A DNA stretch of 23,943 bases from Oculatellaceae cyanobacterium bins.114 (GTDB lineage: Bacteria; Cyanobacteriota; Cyanobacteriia; Elainellales; Elainellaceae): assembly GCA_033764315.1 (NCBI GenBank), contig JANRJA010000197.1, forward strand, positions 1 to 23,943, in the 5' to 3' direction. Shown one piece after another: positions 8,748-17,226 of this stretch (positions are counted from its first letter, which is position 1; every line of letters starts with the position of its first letter). A program made the translations under genes and the position numbers. The notes under the pieces were generated by a model. The model searched no databases. It saw only the letters and a program-made list of their open reading frames with translations, and was not told the DNA's origin.

Positions 8748-8842
8748 GAGGGGATGAGGGGATGAGAGGGTGAGAGAGGGAATGGGTGGGTAGAAGAGAC
8801 GCGATGAATAGCGTCTTTACATATCAATCCACCCATCTACCC
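8748..8842. repeat. Short purine-rich tandem repeats plus REP-like palindrome
   Basis: GGGGATGA/GAGGGTGA-type repeats and AGAGACGCGATGAATAGCGTCTTTAC (8795-8820) inside ATGGGTGG...CCACCCAT arms. Confidence 0.6.
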
Positions 8843-8843
8843 G

Positions 8844-9458
8844 TTAATCTAATGGGGCAGTTGGAAAGGAGGTTAGATCGGCTTGAGCCAAATCAGGGAT
8901 CTCCCAATTCACCTCTCCTGCCTTAAACACACTCGCCGGAGGCAGGTTTAGCGCGATCGCCCCTGTATCTGGATTCTCCGTCAACACGAGCTGAGTCCCA
9001 TCCAAAATTTTGATAGCAGCGGCACTGTCTAACGTGACTCCAGCCACCTTCACATCGTTGGGTAGATAGACTCCCTGACAGGCAAAGTCATCGTCAGTTG
9101 CTTCACCCGCGGGCAGCAAAAAGAGTACCTGATCAAACGTGGCAGTTGATTGTTGGGGTTTTGCACCATAAATCGCCACGGTTTGAGTTGTGTCATTACG
9201 GCAAATGGTATCTTTGCCAGTCTCCATGAGGTATTTCTGATATTGCAGATTGGTGATTTGTTGCTGCACCTCTGCCATTGTCAGTCCTTCGGGGGGCGTG
9301 TTAGTATTCTGGGCTTGAGTCAGGTTAGTGAGGGTTTCGGTAATGGAGACATAGTCAGGATTTTGATCGATTGGAGGACGATCCGCCAGAGCGGGATGAG
9401 CGACTCCTAAATTCACAATAAAAACGATCGCAATGAGAATCAGTTGGATGAGTTTCAT
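8844..9458 (-). CDS. Secreted/periplasmic hypothetical protein
   Basis: Signal peptide (...AHPALA-D), two Cys, acidic mature region; GGAG SD upstream. Confidence 0.75.
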   Translation of the reverse strand: MKLIQLILIAIVFIVNLGVAHPALADRPPIDQNPDYVSITETLTNLTQAQNTNTPPEGLTMAEVQQQITNLQYQKYLMETGKDTICRNDTTQTVAIYGAKPQQSTATFDQVLFLLPAGEATDDDFACQGVYLPNDVKVAGVTLDSAAAIKILDGTQLVLTENPDTGAIALNLPPASVFKAGEVNWEIPDLAQADLTSFPTAPLD

Positions 9459-9474
9459 GGGTTCTCCTTCGACG

Positions 9475-9503
9475 AATTTCTACAAATTTCTACAAATTTC
9501 TAC
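9475..9503. repeat. 10-bp tandem repeat (AATTTCTACA)x3
   Basis: Seen directly in the intergenic spacer between cadD and the secreted-protein gene. Confidence 0.85.
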
Positions 9504-9508
9504 GATGG

Positions 9509-10162
9509 CTAACTCCAGCTCAGGAGTTGATAAGTTTTGCTTTCGATCAGAATGAAAATACCTAAGCCGATCAATACAAATGGAACAATGGCATGGCTAT
9601 ACCGAGTCAACACATGAGCGATCGCTGGGAACTGAGCCAATCGATATGCAACACCACACCAAACAGCAATTAACACAGCAAAAACAATCAGAGTTACGCC
9701 TAATGTTGTTAAATTAGAGCTGGCAAATAGTGGAACGTAAATGCCGATGTTGTCTCCCCCGTTGGCGATCGTGACCGCTGACACAGTATAGGTTTGAGGC
9801 GTGAGACGGCTTACCAGTTTAGAGATCAGCGATCGCGGCTTTTCAGGATTTATCCCCTGATCAGACACTATTTGCACTTCACCTTCAGAATTGGGATTGA
9901 ACCACTGCTTTAGCCCGATCGCGATCGGCAACAATCCTAATAGTCCAATCCACTCTCGTGGAATTAACAATCCGCCAAAGAAACCAGGCAGACTGGCAAG
10001 TATTAAGATCGCAAATCCGAGATATTGACCAATCACAATGTGTCGGGGGCGGAACGTAGCATTTACCTGGGCAAAGAAGAGCATCAAGATCACGATGTCA
10101 TCGATGTTGGTGGCAACAAAGGCGGTCGTTCCGGTAAGGATGGCTTGTACAATCCAGCCCAT
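9509..10162 (-). CDS. cadD: CadD-family (cadmium resistance transporter-like, LysE superfamily) protein
   Basis: ATNIDD, GQYLGF, ANGGDNIGIYVPLF signature motifs. Confidence 0.88.
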   Translation of the reverse strand: MGWIVQAILTGTTAFVATNIDDIVILMLFFAQVNATFRPRHIVIGQYLGFAILILASLPGFFGGLLIPREWIGLLGLLPIAIGLKQWFNPNSEGEVQIVSDQGINPEKPRSLISKLVSRLTPQTYTVSAVTIANGGDNIGIYVPLFASSNLTTLGVTLIVFAVLIAVWCGVAYRLAQFPAIAHVLTRYSHAIVPFVLIGLGIFILIESKTYQLLSWS

Positions 10163-10192
10163 AATGTCTTGATTTAGTTCATAACGGTTTCC

Positions 10193-10933
10193 TCAATTCT
10201 CCTTGACATCGGGAATCATTGCTTCAGAGAGTGCTTCCGTTGCTCGCCCTGCACTCCGAAACAGGTGTAACGTACACAGCCCACTGATCACCAATGTGAG
10301 CACTGCCAATCCCCGGTTTTCTAAGGTGTGACTGTCGATCAAAATCAAAATGCCTAACCCGATCAACACAAAGGGAACCAGTTGATTGCCATAGCGAGTC
10401 AGGGATTTAGCGATCGCCGGAAGTTGTATCAAGCAGTAGGCAGTGTAGCACCAGACGCCCACCAGTGCAAAAAACACCGAGAGAATCACCGTCAAACTTT
10501 GAGCATTACTGCTGGCAAATAGGGGCACATAGATGCCGATATTGTCTCCTCCGTTGGCAAATGTCACTGCTGCCACACTGTAGGACTGGGGAGAAAGGAA
10601 ACTACCCAACCAGGATTGATGTGCATTGGGAAGCATTTCACTCGTCTCATCGGCATCACTGTCAGATGGGATTAGACGACTGATCCCAATCGCGATCGGC
10701 ACAATGCCTAACATCCCAATCCACGGACGGGGCAACAGCATACTCCCAAAAAAGCCAGGTAAGCTAATGGCGACTAATGCGGCAAAGCCAAGATATTGAC
10801 CTGCGATGATATGCCGTTTTTGAAACGCTGCATTTACTTGTGAGAAAAACAACAGCAAAATCAAAACATCGTCTAGATTCGTTGCAGTAAAGGCAGTGAA
10901 GCCCGTCGAAATCGCTTTAATGAACTCAGTCAT
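10193..10933 (-). CDS. cadD: CadD-family protein, second paralog with an extra C-terminal TM helix
   Basis: ATNLDD, GQYLGF, ANGGDNIGIYVPLF; GAGGAG SD 8 nt before ATG 10933. Confidence 0.88.
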   Translation of the reverse strand: MTEFIKAISTGFTAFTATNLDDVLILLLFFSQVNAAFQKRHIIAGQYLGFAALVAISLPGFFGSMLLPRPWIGMLGIVPIAIGISRLIPSDSDADETSEMLPNAHQSWLGSFLSPQSYSVAAVTFANGGDNIGIYVPLFASSNAQSLTVILSVFFALVGVWCYTAYCLIQLPAIAKSLTRYGNQLVPFVLIGLGILILIDSHTLENRGLAVLTLVISGLCTLHLFRSAGRATEALSEAMIPDVKEN

Positions 10934-10945
10934 CGATCGCACTCC

Positions 10946-12445
10946 TCAATCTTCATGGGTAACAGTCAGGTGGGCAGTCGGTACGGTCACTGCTTCAAAG
11001 GCAGCAAACCGCTCATGGATTTCGTCAATGCTCTGCTCTATCACTCCTACTAAACGAGGTGAACGAATGCGCTGAATCGAAAACCAGCCACAGGTAACGG
11101 TGAGATAGAGCAGAAATAAATAGGGAAACAGATTGTAGGGAGCGTCTGGAACCGGAAAGAGGGTACTGCCCGGAATACCTACACTGCCTAAAACAGGCAA
11201 ACTCATGAAACCAACGCCTAAAGCTGAGAACACGATGTCACGCGATCGCAACTGGTTGATCTGTTGTAAATACACCGGAGCCGCGACTGAAATCAACACA
11301 TAGACGGTGAGAAATCCATAGCTGGCGATCGCCCCTAGATAACCCATGCTGGCAAAGATCGGCACATGGAAAATTGAGAGTAATCCAGGAATTAAAAACA
11401 TCAGGAGCGAACACAGCGTCACGGCAACGTGGGGAGTGCGGTTAAAGCTATGCGCTTCGCCCAACATCGAAGGGAATAATCCGTGGCGTGCCATCGTGAA
11501 AAACACCCGCGAGGCTGGATTGATGCTGCCCAATACACAAGCAAAAAAGCTAAACAGCGCACTAAACGCTACCAGATCGCCCAGAAAACCAAACCCAGCT
11601 TGATGCGCCAGGAAGCCCAACGGCTCTTCGCTGCTGGTAATCGAAACTCCGGCGTGGTTGAATCCCAAAATCTCGATATAGGCTGTCACCATAAAGAACA
11701 ACCCTGCCATGATGGCACTCCCCACGACGGCTCTGGGGATCGATCGCAGTGGATCTTTTGCCTCATCGCCAAGAGATGTGGGGCTTTCAAATCCCGAAAA
11801 GGCAAACAATACCAGCACCAAACCCATCGCAATGCCACCCGGTGTGGCGTTGTGCAATGTCAGTTGTGACCAGTCCAAGGCAAACCCCGTATGTGCCCAG
11901 ATGATGCCTGCTAACACCAAGATTAATAGAATGGAAGCACCTTCTAGCCACAACATCGCCATCGCAGAGAGTTGGATATCTTTGTAAGCGGCATACCAGG
12001 CGATCGCGGCTCCCATCGCCAATAGAGAAAGAGTAGAAATGTGGATTCCCAGATGGCCTAATAAGGCATCGCTGAAGTTGGCAAAGCCACACAAAACCGA
12101 CATCCCAGTAAACAAGTAAGCTAACACCAGACTCCAGCCACAAATTACACCTGCTGTGGGGTTCAGTCCTTTGACAATGTAGGAATAGAGAGATCCTGGT
12201 GAGGCAGAGCGACTGGCAAATTGATTGATGTTGATGCTGACAAACAGAAGGCCCACCATGCCAATCAGGAAACTGAGCCAGGTTCCCGTTCCGGCGAGGG
12301 CAACAATCAAGCCCAGATTAGAAGCGGGGATGGTGGTCGGTGCGATGACTGCAAATGATTGAGCGAGTACCTCTCCAAAGGGGAGGCAGTCTGGTTTTAA
12401 ACCATGTAAACTGCGAGTCGCTTTTGATTCAGATTGATGAGCCAT
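10946..12445 (-). CDS. APC-family amino acid/amine permease
   Basis: About 12 TM segments, ASPGSLYSY, FAFSGFES...LGDEAKDP, SRVFFTMARHG motifs; ATG 12445 preferred. Confidence 0.88.
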   Translation of the reverse strand: MAHQSESKATRSLHGLKPDCLPFGEVLAQSFAVIAPTTIPASNLGLIVALAGTGTWLSFLIGMVGLLFVSININQFASRSASPGSLYSYIVKGLNPTAGVICGWSLVLAYLFTGMSVLCGFANFSDALLGHLGIHISTLSLLAMGAAIAWYAAYKDIQLSAMAMLWLEGASILLILVLAGIIWAHTGFALDWSQLTLHNATPGGIAMGLVLVLFAFSGFESPTSLGDEAKDPLRSIPRAVVGSAIMAGLFFMVTAYIEILGFNHAGVSITSSEEPLGFLAHQAGFGFLGDLVAFSALFSFFACVLGSINPASRVFFTMARHGLFPSMLGEAHSFNRTPHVAVTLCSLLMFLIPGLLSIFHVPIFASMGYLGAIASYGFLTVYVLISVAAPVYLQQINQLRSRDIVFSALGVGFMSLPVLGSVGIPGSTLFPVPDAPYNLFPYLFLLYLTVTCGWFSIQRIRSPRLVGVIEQSIDEIHERFAAFEAVTVPTAHLTVTHED

Positions 12446-12598
12446 TCGGCAAGTCCCAGTAATGCGGTAAGAGATGAAGTGCGATCGCACTTCTAAATAA
12501 ACTGGTTATTCGCCCTAACAAGGATCCATTGCGAGGTGCATAATCCTCAATCTATGGGTACAGATTGATAGAATCAAATACTCTTTTTTGTCGAGACG

Positions 12599-12613
12599 AT
12601 AAATTTTATTTAT
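12599..12613. promoter_or_regulatory. Candidate LysR-type binding site (T-N11-A with dyad symmetry)
   Basis: ATAAA-TTTTA-TTTAT in the divergent APC/lysR intergenic region. Confidence 0.4.
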
Positions 12614-12805
12614 GGATACTTCAAAACTCAAAAAATATAAGACTTAAAAATAGGGTGAAAAATTTAAAACCTTGATTCTAAAAGGGTTTACAATTCTCCA
12701 GTTTTCATATAGGAAAAAGATACTTTCCTGTCAAATTTTTGACTAATTGAGGTGAATTGTTGGCTTGGAAATCTATTTAAGCCTCCTGCCCCCTTTTCCC
12801 CTTCC

Positions 12806-12831
12806 GTACAGACGCGATTAATCGCGTCTCT
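12806..12831. repeat. REP-like palindromic dispersed repeat
   Basis: GTACAGACGCGATTAATCGCGTCTCT; matches the reverse complement of 8795-8820 at 23 of 26 positions. Confidence 0.7.
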
Positions 12832-12859
12832 TTATGCCTCCTTCTGCATCCTCCACACC

Positions 12860-12913
12860 ATGACAAAAAACGGGCGATCGCTTAAAATACTATAAATCGA
12901 TCGATTTATAGGT
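12860..12913 (+). promoter_or_regulatory. lysR promoter with overlapping palindromic operator
   Basis: ATGACA-17-TAAAAT (12860-12888) followed by the perfect 22-bp palindrome CTATAAATCGATCGATTTATAG (12890-12911). Confidence 0.6.
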
Positions 12914-12940
12914 GTTTCTCGGGATGGTAGCACAGAGGTA

Positions 12941-13906
12941 ATGACGCTTGAACAATTGCGAATTTTTTTGGCGGTCGCAAAGCATCTGCATTTCACCCGT
13001 GCTGCTGAAGAGCTTTACATCACCCAGCCTGCGGTCAGCGCAGCCGTGAATAGTTTAGAAAAAGAGTACGGAGTCAGACTCTTTCACCGAGTTGGACGAC
13101 ATATTGAAATTACAGAAGCAGGCAAATTATTAGAGATAGAAGCTCAAAAAATTCTTGATCAAGTAATCTCAACCGAGCGTGGATTGCGGGAGTTAAACAG
13201 TCTGCAACGAGGACAGTTGCGGCTAGGCTCAAGCCTGACTTTAGGAAACTACTGGCTCCCCGATCGCATTAGTCGGTTTAAGCAGCAATATCCGGGGATC
13301 ACGGTGAACTGCACATTAGCCAATGCTGAAGAAATTGGAGAGGGCACCGTAGCAGGTTTGTTTGATGTGGGGTTGGTGACGGGCAGCGTTAAACCATCTT
13401 TGCAGAACATGTTGCGGCGGGAAGTCGTTGGGAGCGATCGCCTCCAAGTCGTAGTAGGGCGATCGCATCCCTGGTACAAACGAGGGCATGTTCTTGCTAA
13501 CGAACTGCTTACCACAACCTGGATCATGCGAGAAACAGGTTCTGCCATTCAACAGGTGTTTGAGGAAAATTTGCATCGAATGGGTATTAATCCACTCCAA
13601 CTCAACGTTGAGTTGATCTTAACCAGTAGTGAAATGGTAAAGTCAGTGGTTGAGCAAAGTAAGAGTGCTGCCGCTGTATCAGAACTAATGCTCAAGAAAG
13701 AGTTGCAATTGGGAACGCTGCGTACCGTAAACGTGATTTATCAGCAACCCAATGAACGCTCAAATAGTTTAGATATGATTCAACCTGTTCTCATGTTGGT
13801 GCACCGGGAACGGTTTCAAAGTCGAGTGGCGATCGCCTTTGAGCAACTATTACTCAAGCCCATCTATCAGCGAGAAGAGGCCGTAGGTAGCCCTACACTT
13901 TGCTGA
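12941..13906 (+). CDS. LysR-family transcriptional regulator (CysL-like substrate-binding domain)
   Basis: HTH HFTRAAEELYITQPAVS, LFHRVGR, W.MRE.GS and SSEMVK motifs. Confidence 0.92.
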   Translation: MTLEQLRIFLAVAKHLHFTRAAEELYITQPAVSAAVNSLEKEYGVRLFHRVGRHIEITEAGKLLEIEAQKILDQVISTERGLRELNSLQRGQLRLGSSLTLGNYWLPDRISRFKQQYPGITVNCTLANAEEIGEGTVAGLFDVGLVTGSVKPSLQNMLRREVVGSDRLQVVVGRSHPWYKRGHVLANELLTTTWIMRETGSAIQQVFEENLHRMGINPLQLNVELILTSSEMVKSVVEQSKSAAAVSELMLKKELQLGTLRTVNVIYQQPNERSNSLDMIQPVLMLVHRERFQSRVAIAFEQLLLKPIYQREEAVGSPTLC

Positions 13907-14748
13907 ATCAGGCGATTTAAATCAACCACTTTAGTGGTGTCATTACCAATGACCAACGGTAAACTTCCATTCCATTTGTCGATCGCCTGTTTTTGCAATA
14001 ATTCTGGTGTTAAGTTCTCTCTTAAGAGACGCTGTGCTTCGGCTTCTCCGATGGCTAAATTGACTTTTGCTTCAGCTTCTTTGACCGCTTTGAGAGCCAC
14101 AAATTCAGCCCGCTTGGCTTCTTGCTCGGCGATCTGTTTTGCTTCAACGGCATCACTAAATCGCTTTGAGAAATGGACATGCACCAGTGATAGATCATCC
14201 ACTTCGATGTGATAGGGTTTCAGACGAACTGTTAACAACTCATCCACCCCTGCTTTTACTTCTCCCCGACGCGTAATAATTTCCTCGGCAGTATATTTTG
14301 CCATCACTGCTTTCAACACTTCCTCAACAGCTGGATTAATAATGCGAGTGATGATGGCTTGCTGATCACCGATTTGCTGAAAACTCAGGTTTGCTTCAGT
14401 GGGAATAATGTGCCAATTCAGTGACACATCCGTATACACTTCCTGTAAATCTTTCGAGGAGGCTTCCGCTGAAATTTCTTGATTTTGCACCCGCACACTC
14501 ACCTTTTGTACGGTGTTGACAAGCGGGATAATGACGTGCAATCCCTCATCAAGAATCTCGTCTTGCACGTTGCCAAACTGCATCAAGACACCCCTTTCTC
14601 CAGCGTTGATAATGACAAAAAAGCTAGAGAGCAAAACCAGCGAAAACAACACCGACAACACCGTTTTGGCAACACTGAGATCGCGCTTTGACTGACGGGT
14701 CACGGCAAACTGAATGGGTTTGTCTGAGGTTTCAATTCCATGAACCAT
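13867..14748 (-). CDS. Prohibitin/SPFH (band 7) family protein
   Basis: N-terminal TM, AGERGV, SKDLQ, AVEAKQIAEQEA coiled coil, KWNG.LP. Confidence 0.9.
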   Translation of the reverse strand: MVHGIETSDKPIQFAVTRQSKRDLSVAKTVLSVLFSLVLLSSFFVIINAGERGVLMQFGNVQDEILDEGLHVIIPLVNTVQKVSVRVQNQEISAEASSKDLQEVYTDVSLNWHIIPTEANLSFQQIGDQQAIITRIINPAVEEVLKAVMAKYTAEEIITRRGEVKAGVDELLTVRLKPYHIEVDDLSLVHVHFSKRFSDAVEAKQIAEQEAKRAEFVALKAVKEAEAKVNLAIGEAEAQRLLRENLTPELLQKQAIDKWNGSLPLVIGNDTTKVVDLNRLIQQSVGLPTASSR

Positions 14749-14755
14749 CAAAATA

Positions 14756-14817
14756 TACGGTAATTCGACTCATTTATCGTAGATTTAATTGTACTGCATC
14801 TCCAGAACACGACTCAA
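14756..14817 (-). promoter_or_regulatory. SPFH-gene promoter with palindromic operator
   Basis: Minus strand TTGAGT-18-TACAAT (-10 at 14793-14788), followed by TACGATA-N12-TACCGTA (14781-14756) just before the ATG. Confidence 0.6.
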
Positions 14818-14991
14818 TCTTTGTTGAGGCAGAGGTGACGAAGCTACCAGGAGGGGAGACTCCGTCACTCTTACGGGAATAGTAGCTAGGGAAAGAAGGG
14901 TAGAGAGCAGCCTACTCGAACTATCGTCTCAACCTCCATATTTTGTGCAGATTTGTACACTTCGGCAATCACTACAAACTGATGAGTCAGA

Positions 14992-15381
14992 TCACTCCCC
15001 ACAATAGACAATCAAGTCAATTTCAACATCTCCTTGACCCGCTAGCGCGATGACACCGACAGTGGTTCGACTTGGACGGGCATGATCTGAGAAGTAAGCA
15101 GAGAAAACCTGGTTCACGGCTTGATAGTCTCTGAAATCTGTGAGAAAAAGACGTGCCATCACAACCCGATCGAATCCAGATCCAGCATGTTCCAGCACTA
15201 ATTTCAAGTTTTCCATGACTCGCTGAGTTTGTTCGGCAATGTCTCCGCGAAAAATTTCTCCGGTTACGGGATCTTCGGCAAGTTGTCCTGTGACAAACAG
15301 AAAGTCGCCTGCTCGTACGGCATGAGAATAAGGTGCAGGAGGAGGAAGCAGATTATTGGGCAATGTGATGAATTCAAGCAT
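14992..15381 (-). CDS. RidA/YjgF/UK114 family protein
   Basis: PYSHAV, LFVTGQ, P.R.T (catalytic Arg retained) and VEID motifs. Confidence 0.9.
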   Translation of the reverse strand: MLEFITLPNNLLPPPAPYSHAVRAGDFLFVTGQLAEDPVTGEIFRGDIAEQTQRVMENLKLVLEHAGSGFDRVVMARLFLTDFRDYQAVNQVFSAYFSDHARPSRTTVGVIALAGQGDVEIDLIVYCGE

Positions 15382-15476
15382 GGCAATTTAGACTTAATTG
15401 GAAACAAGATTTTTGATCGCGTGTAGTCCGGCAAAGTCGCGTCACACGATCATTTGTGACAGACTAATCTGTGACA

Positions 15477-16280
15477 TTAAAGTTCTACCGTAACGCCTTC
15501 TCGATCGATCGCTTCTAGTTCAGCAGCGGTAAACTCCCCTAGTGCAACTTCTCGTTCAAGGTGATGCCGTAAGTAGGAACGTAAGTCCCTTAAGCGGGCA
15601 TCATCGGGATTGCGAGGTCGTTCTTGAGGAAGTTGAACCGTTTCAATGATACGACCGGGTGTGCCAGAAAAGAGGACAATTTGGTCTGCCAGGGTCAAAG
15701 CCTCATCCAGGTCATGAGTCACCATTACAACCGTTGCTTGGGCATGGTGCCACATCGCCAGCAGGTAACGCTGCATAATCTGGCGAGTCTGATAATCAAG
15801 GGCAGAAAAAGGTTCATCCATCAGGAGAACCTGCGGATTGAGGACGAGGGCACGGGCGATCGCCACTCGCTGTCGCATTCCCCCACTCAGTTCTCTCGGC
15901 AGCTTGCGGGCATGTTCAATCAGTCCCACATCTGCCAATAGCTTACTGGCGCGAAGTCGTCGTTCGTGCCGACCCATGCCTTGCGCTCGCAATCCAAAGG
16001 CGACATTATCTTGAACCGTCATCCACTCAAATAAATTGTGGTGCTGAAAGACGATCGCTGTTTCGGGTCCGGGTTCAGTAATCGGCTGATGTCCCAGTAG
16101 CACTCGCCCAGTCGTGGGTTGCTCCAGGGCAGCCGCAATTTCTAACAGGGTTGTTTTGCCACAACCGGATGGCCCAATCAATACGGTAAAAGAACCCGAT
16201 GGAACCGTCAGGTTCACATCTGTCACCGCAGCATGGCGACCATACACTTTCGAGACTTGCTCAAACCGGAGTTCAGCCAC
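15477..16280 (-). CDS. ABC transporter ATP-binding protein (NitT/TauT family)
   Basis: GPSGCGKT, LSGGMRQR, LLMDEPFSALD, VTHDLDEA. Confidence 0.9.
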   Translation of the reverse strand: MAELRFEQVSKVYGRHAAVTDVNLTVPSGSFTVLIGPSGCGKTTLLEIAAALEQPTTGRVLLGHQPITEPGPETAIVFQHHNLFEWMTVQDNVAFGLRAQGMGRHERRLRASKLLADVGLIEHARKLPRELSGGMRQRVAIARALVLNPQVLLMDEPFSALDYQTRQIMQRYLLAMWHHAQATVVMVTHDLDEALTLADQIVLFSGTPGRIIETVQLPQERPRNPDDARLRDLRSYLRHHLEREVALGEFTAAELEAIDREGVTVEL

Positions 16281-17157
16281 GATGTCCCTCCATCGCTCTG
16301 GTGCGAGGTTCCCACCACAGCAACCGGGTTTGAATGAACAAGATCAACCGATCGACTGTAAATCCTAATAGCCCAATCGTGATGATGCCCGTCATCACCA
16401 ATCGCATATTGAATTGTTGTTGTCCCAAAATAATCAATGCGCCTAAACCGGAATTAATGCCCGCCATTTCACCCGCCAGAACCGACATCCAAGCAGCAAA
16501 AAAGTTAACTCTTACAATGGTCAGCAAACTGGGGGCGATCGCAGGTACAACAATCCATAGCCAGAGGCGATAGTTCTTAGCTCCCAGGCTTTTAGCTGTT
16601 TTCAACAATTCCGGTGGTACGCCTTCAATGGCTGATGCGGTTGCGATCGTCATGACCGCAAACACGCCCATGAAAACCACAAAAATCGCAGATTGATCGC
16701 CAATGCCCATTAAGGCGATCGCAACGGGAACCCAGGCAACGGGAGCGATCGGAGCAATGGTCTGAATCATGGGCATAACAAACTGCCGAAGAACTGGCGC
16801 AATGGTTAACGTTGCGCCAAGCGGAATCGCAACGACTAATCCCAACCCCAATCCTGTTGTCACCCGCCACAGTGTCTTGATAATCGCTTCTCCATAGCTA
16901 ACCTGTTGGGGACCGATGCCAGCAGAACCCGGTCCTTGTAACACGTAGGGAATGACTGCACTGGGAGGCGGCAAAATATCTCGATTCAAAAAACCAGTCG
17001 CCGCACCCACTTCCCAAAATAATGCGAGAAATAACCACGCAAGTAAGAACGTGAAGGCTGACCAGGGGATTTGAAATCGCTTTTGGGAAGCCCCAGATGG
17101 CGATCGCAAGGCTGGGGTCTGCTCAATTGTGAGAAGAGAGGTTTTCGCGGGACGCAT
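16273..17157 (-). CDS. ABC transporter permease (NitT/TauT family)
   Basis: LPPPS, PIAPVAW.P, AKSLGA EAA loop, AGEMAG..SGLG. Confidence 0.88.
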   Translation of the reverse strand: MRPAKTSLLTIEQTPALRSPSGASQKRFQIPWSAFTFLLAWLFLALFWEVGAATGFLNRDILPPPSAVIPYVLQGPGSAGIGPQQVSYGEAIIKTLWRVTTGLGLGLVVAIPLGATLTIAPVLRQFVMPMIQTIAPIAPVAWVPVAIALMGIGDQSAIFVVFMGVFAVMTIATASAIEGVPPELLKTAKSLGAKNYRLWLWIVVPAIAPSLLTIVRVNFFAAWMSVLAGEMAGINSGLGALIILGQQQFNMRLVMTGIITIGLLGFTVDRLILFIQTRLLWWEPRTRAMEGHRG

Positions 17158-17226
17158 AAAGCAATAGCGAAGGAGATCAGCAAAGGAGGAATCGGAGGAA
17201 TCGTGAGAAGGCGATCGCTTGAGAAA

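Noticed and set aside
9475-9503. AATTTCTAC repeats resembling the 5' part of Cas12a CRISPR repeats
   Set aside because: Units are directly tandem with 10-bp period, with no spacers, no GTAGAT stem partner and no cas genes; this is a simple tandem repeat.
15441-15476. GTCACA/TGTGACA repeats resembling Tn7/CAST TnsB sites
   Set aside because: Only short matches inside an operon spacer, with no terminal TGT...ACA end architecture and no tns genes.
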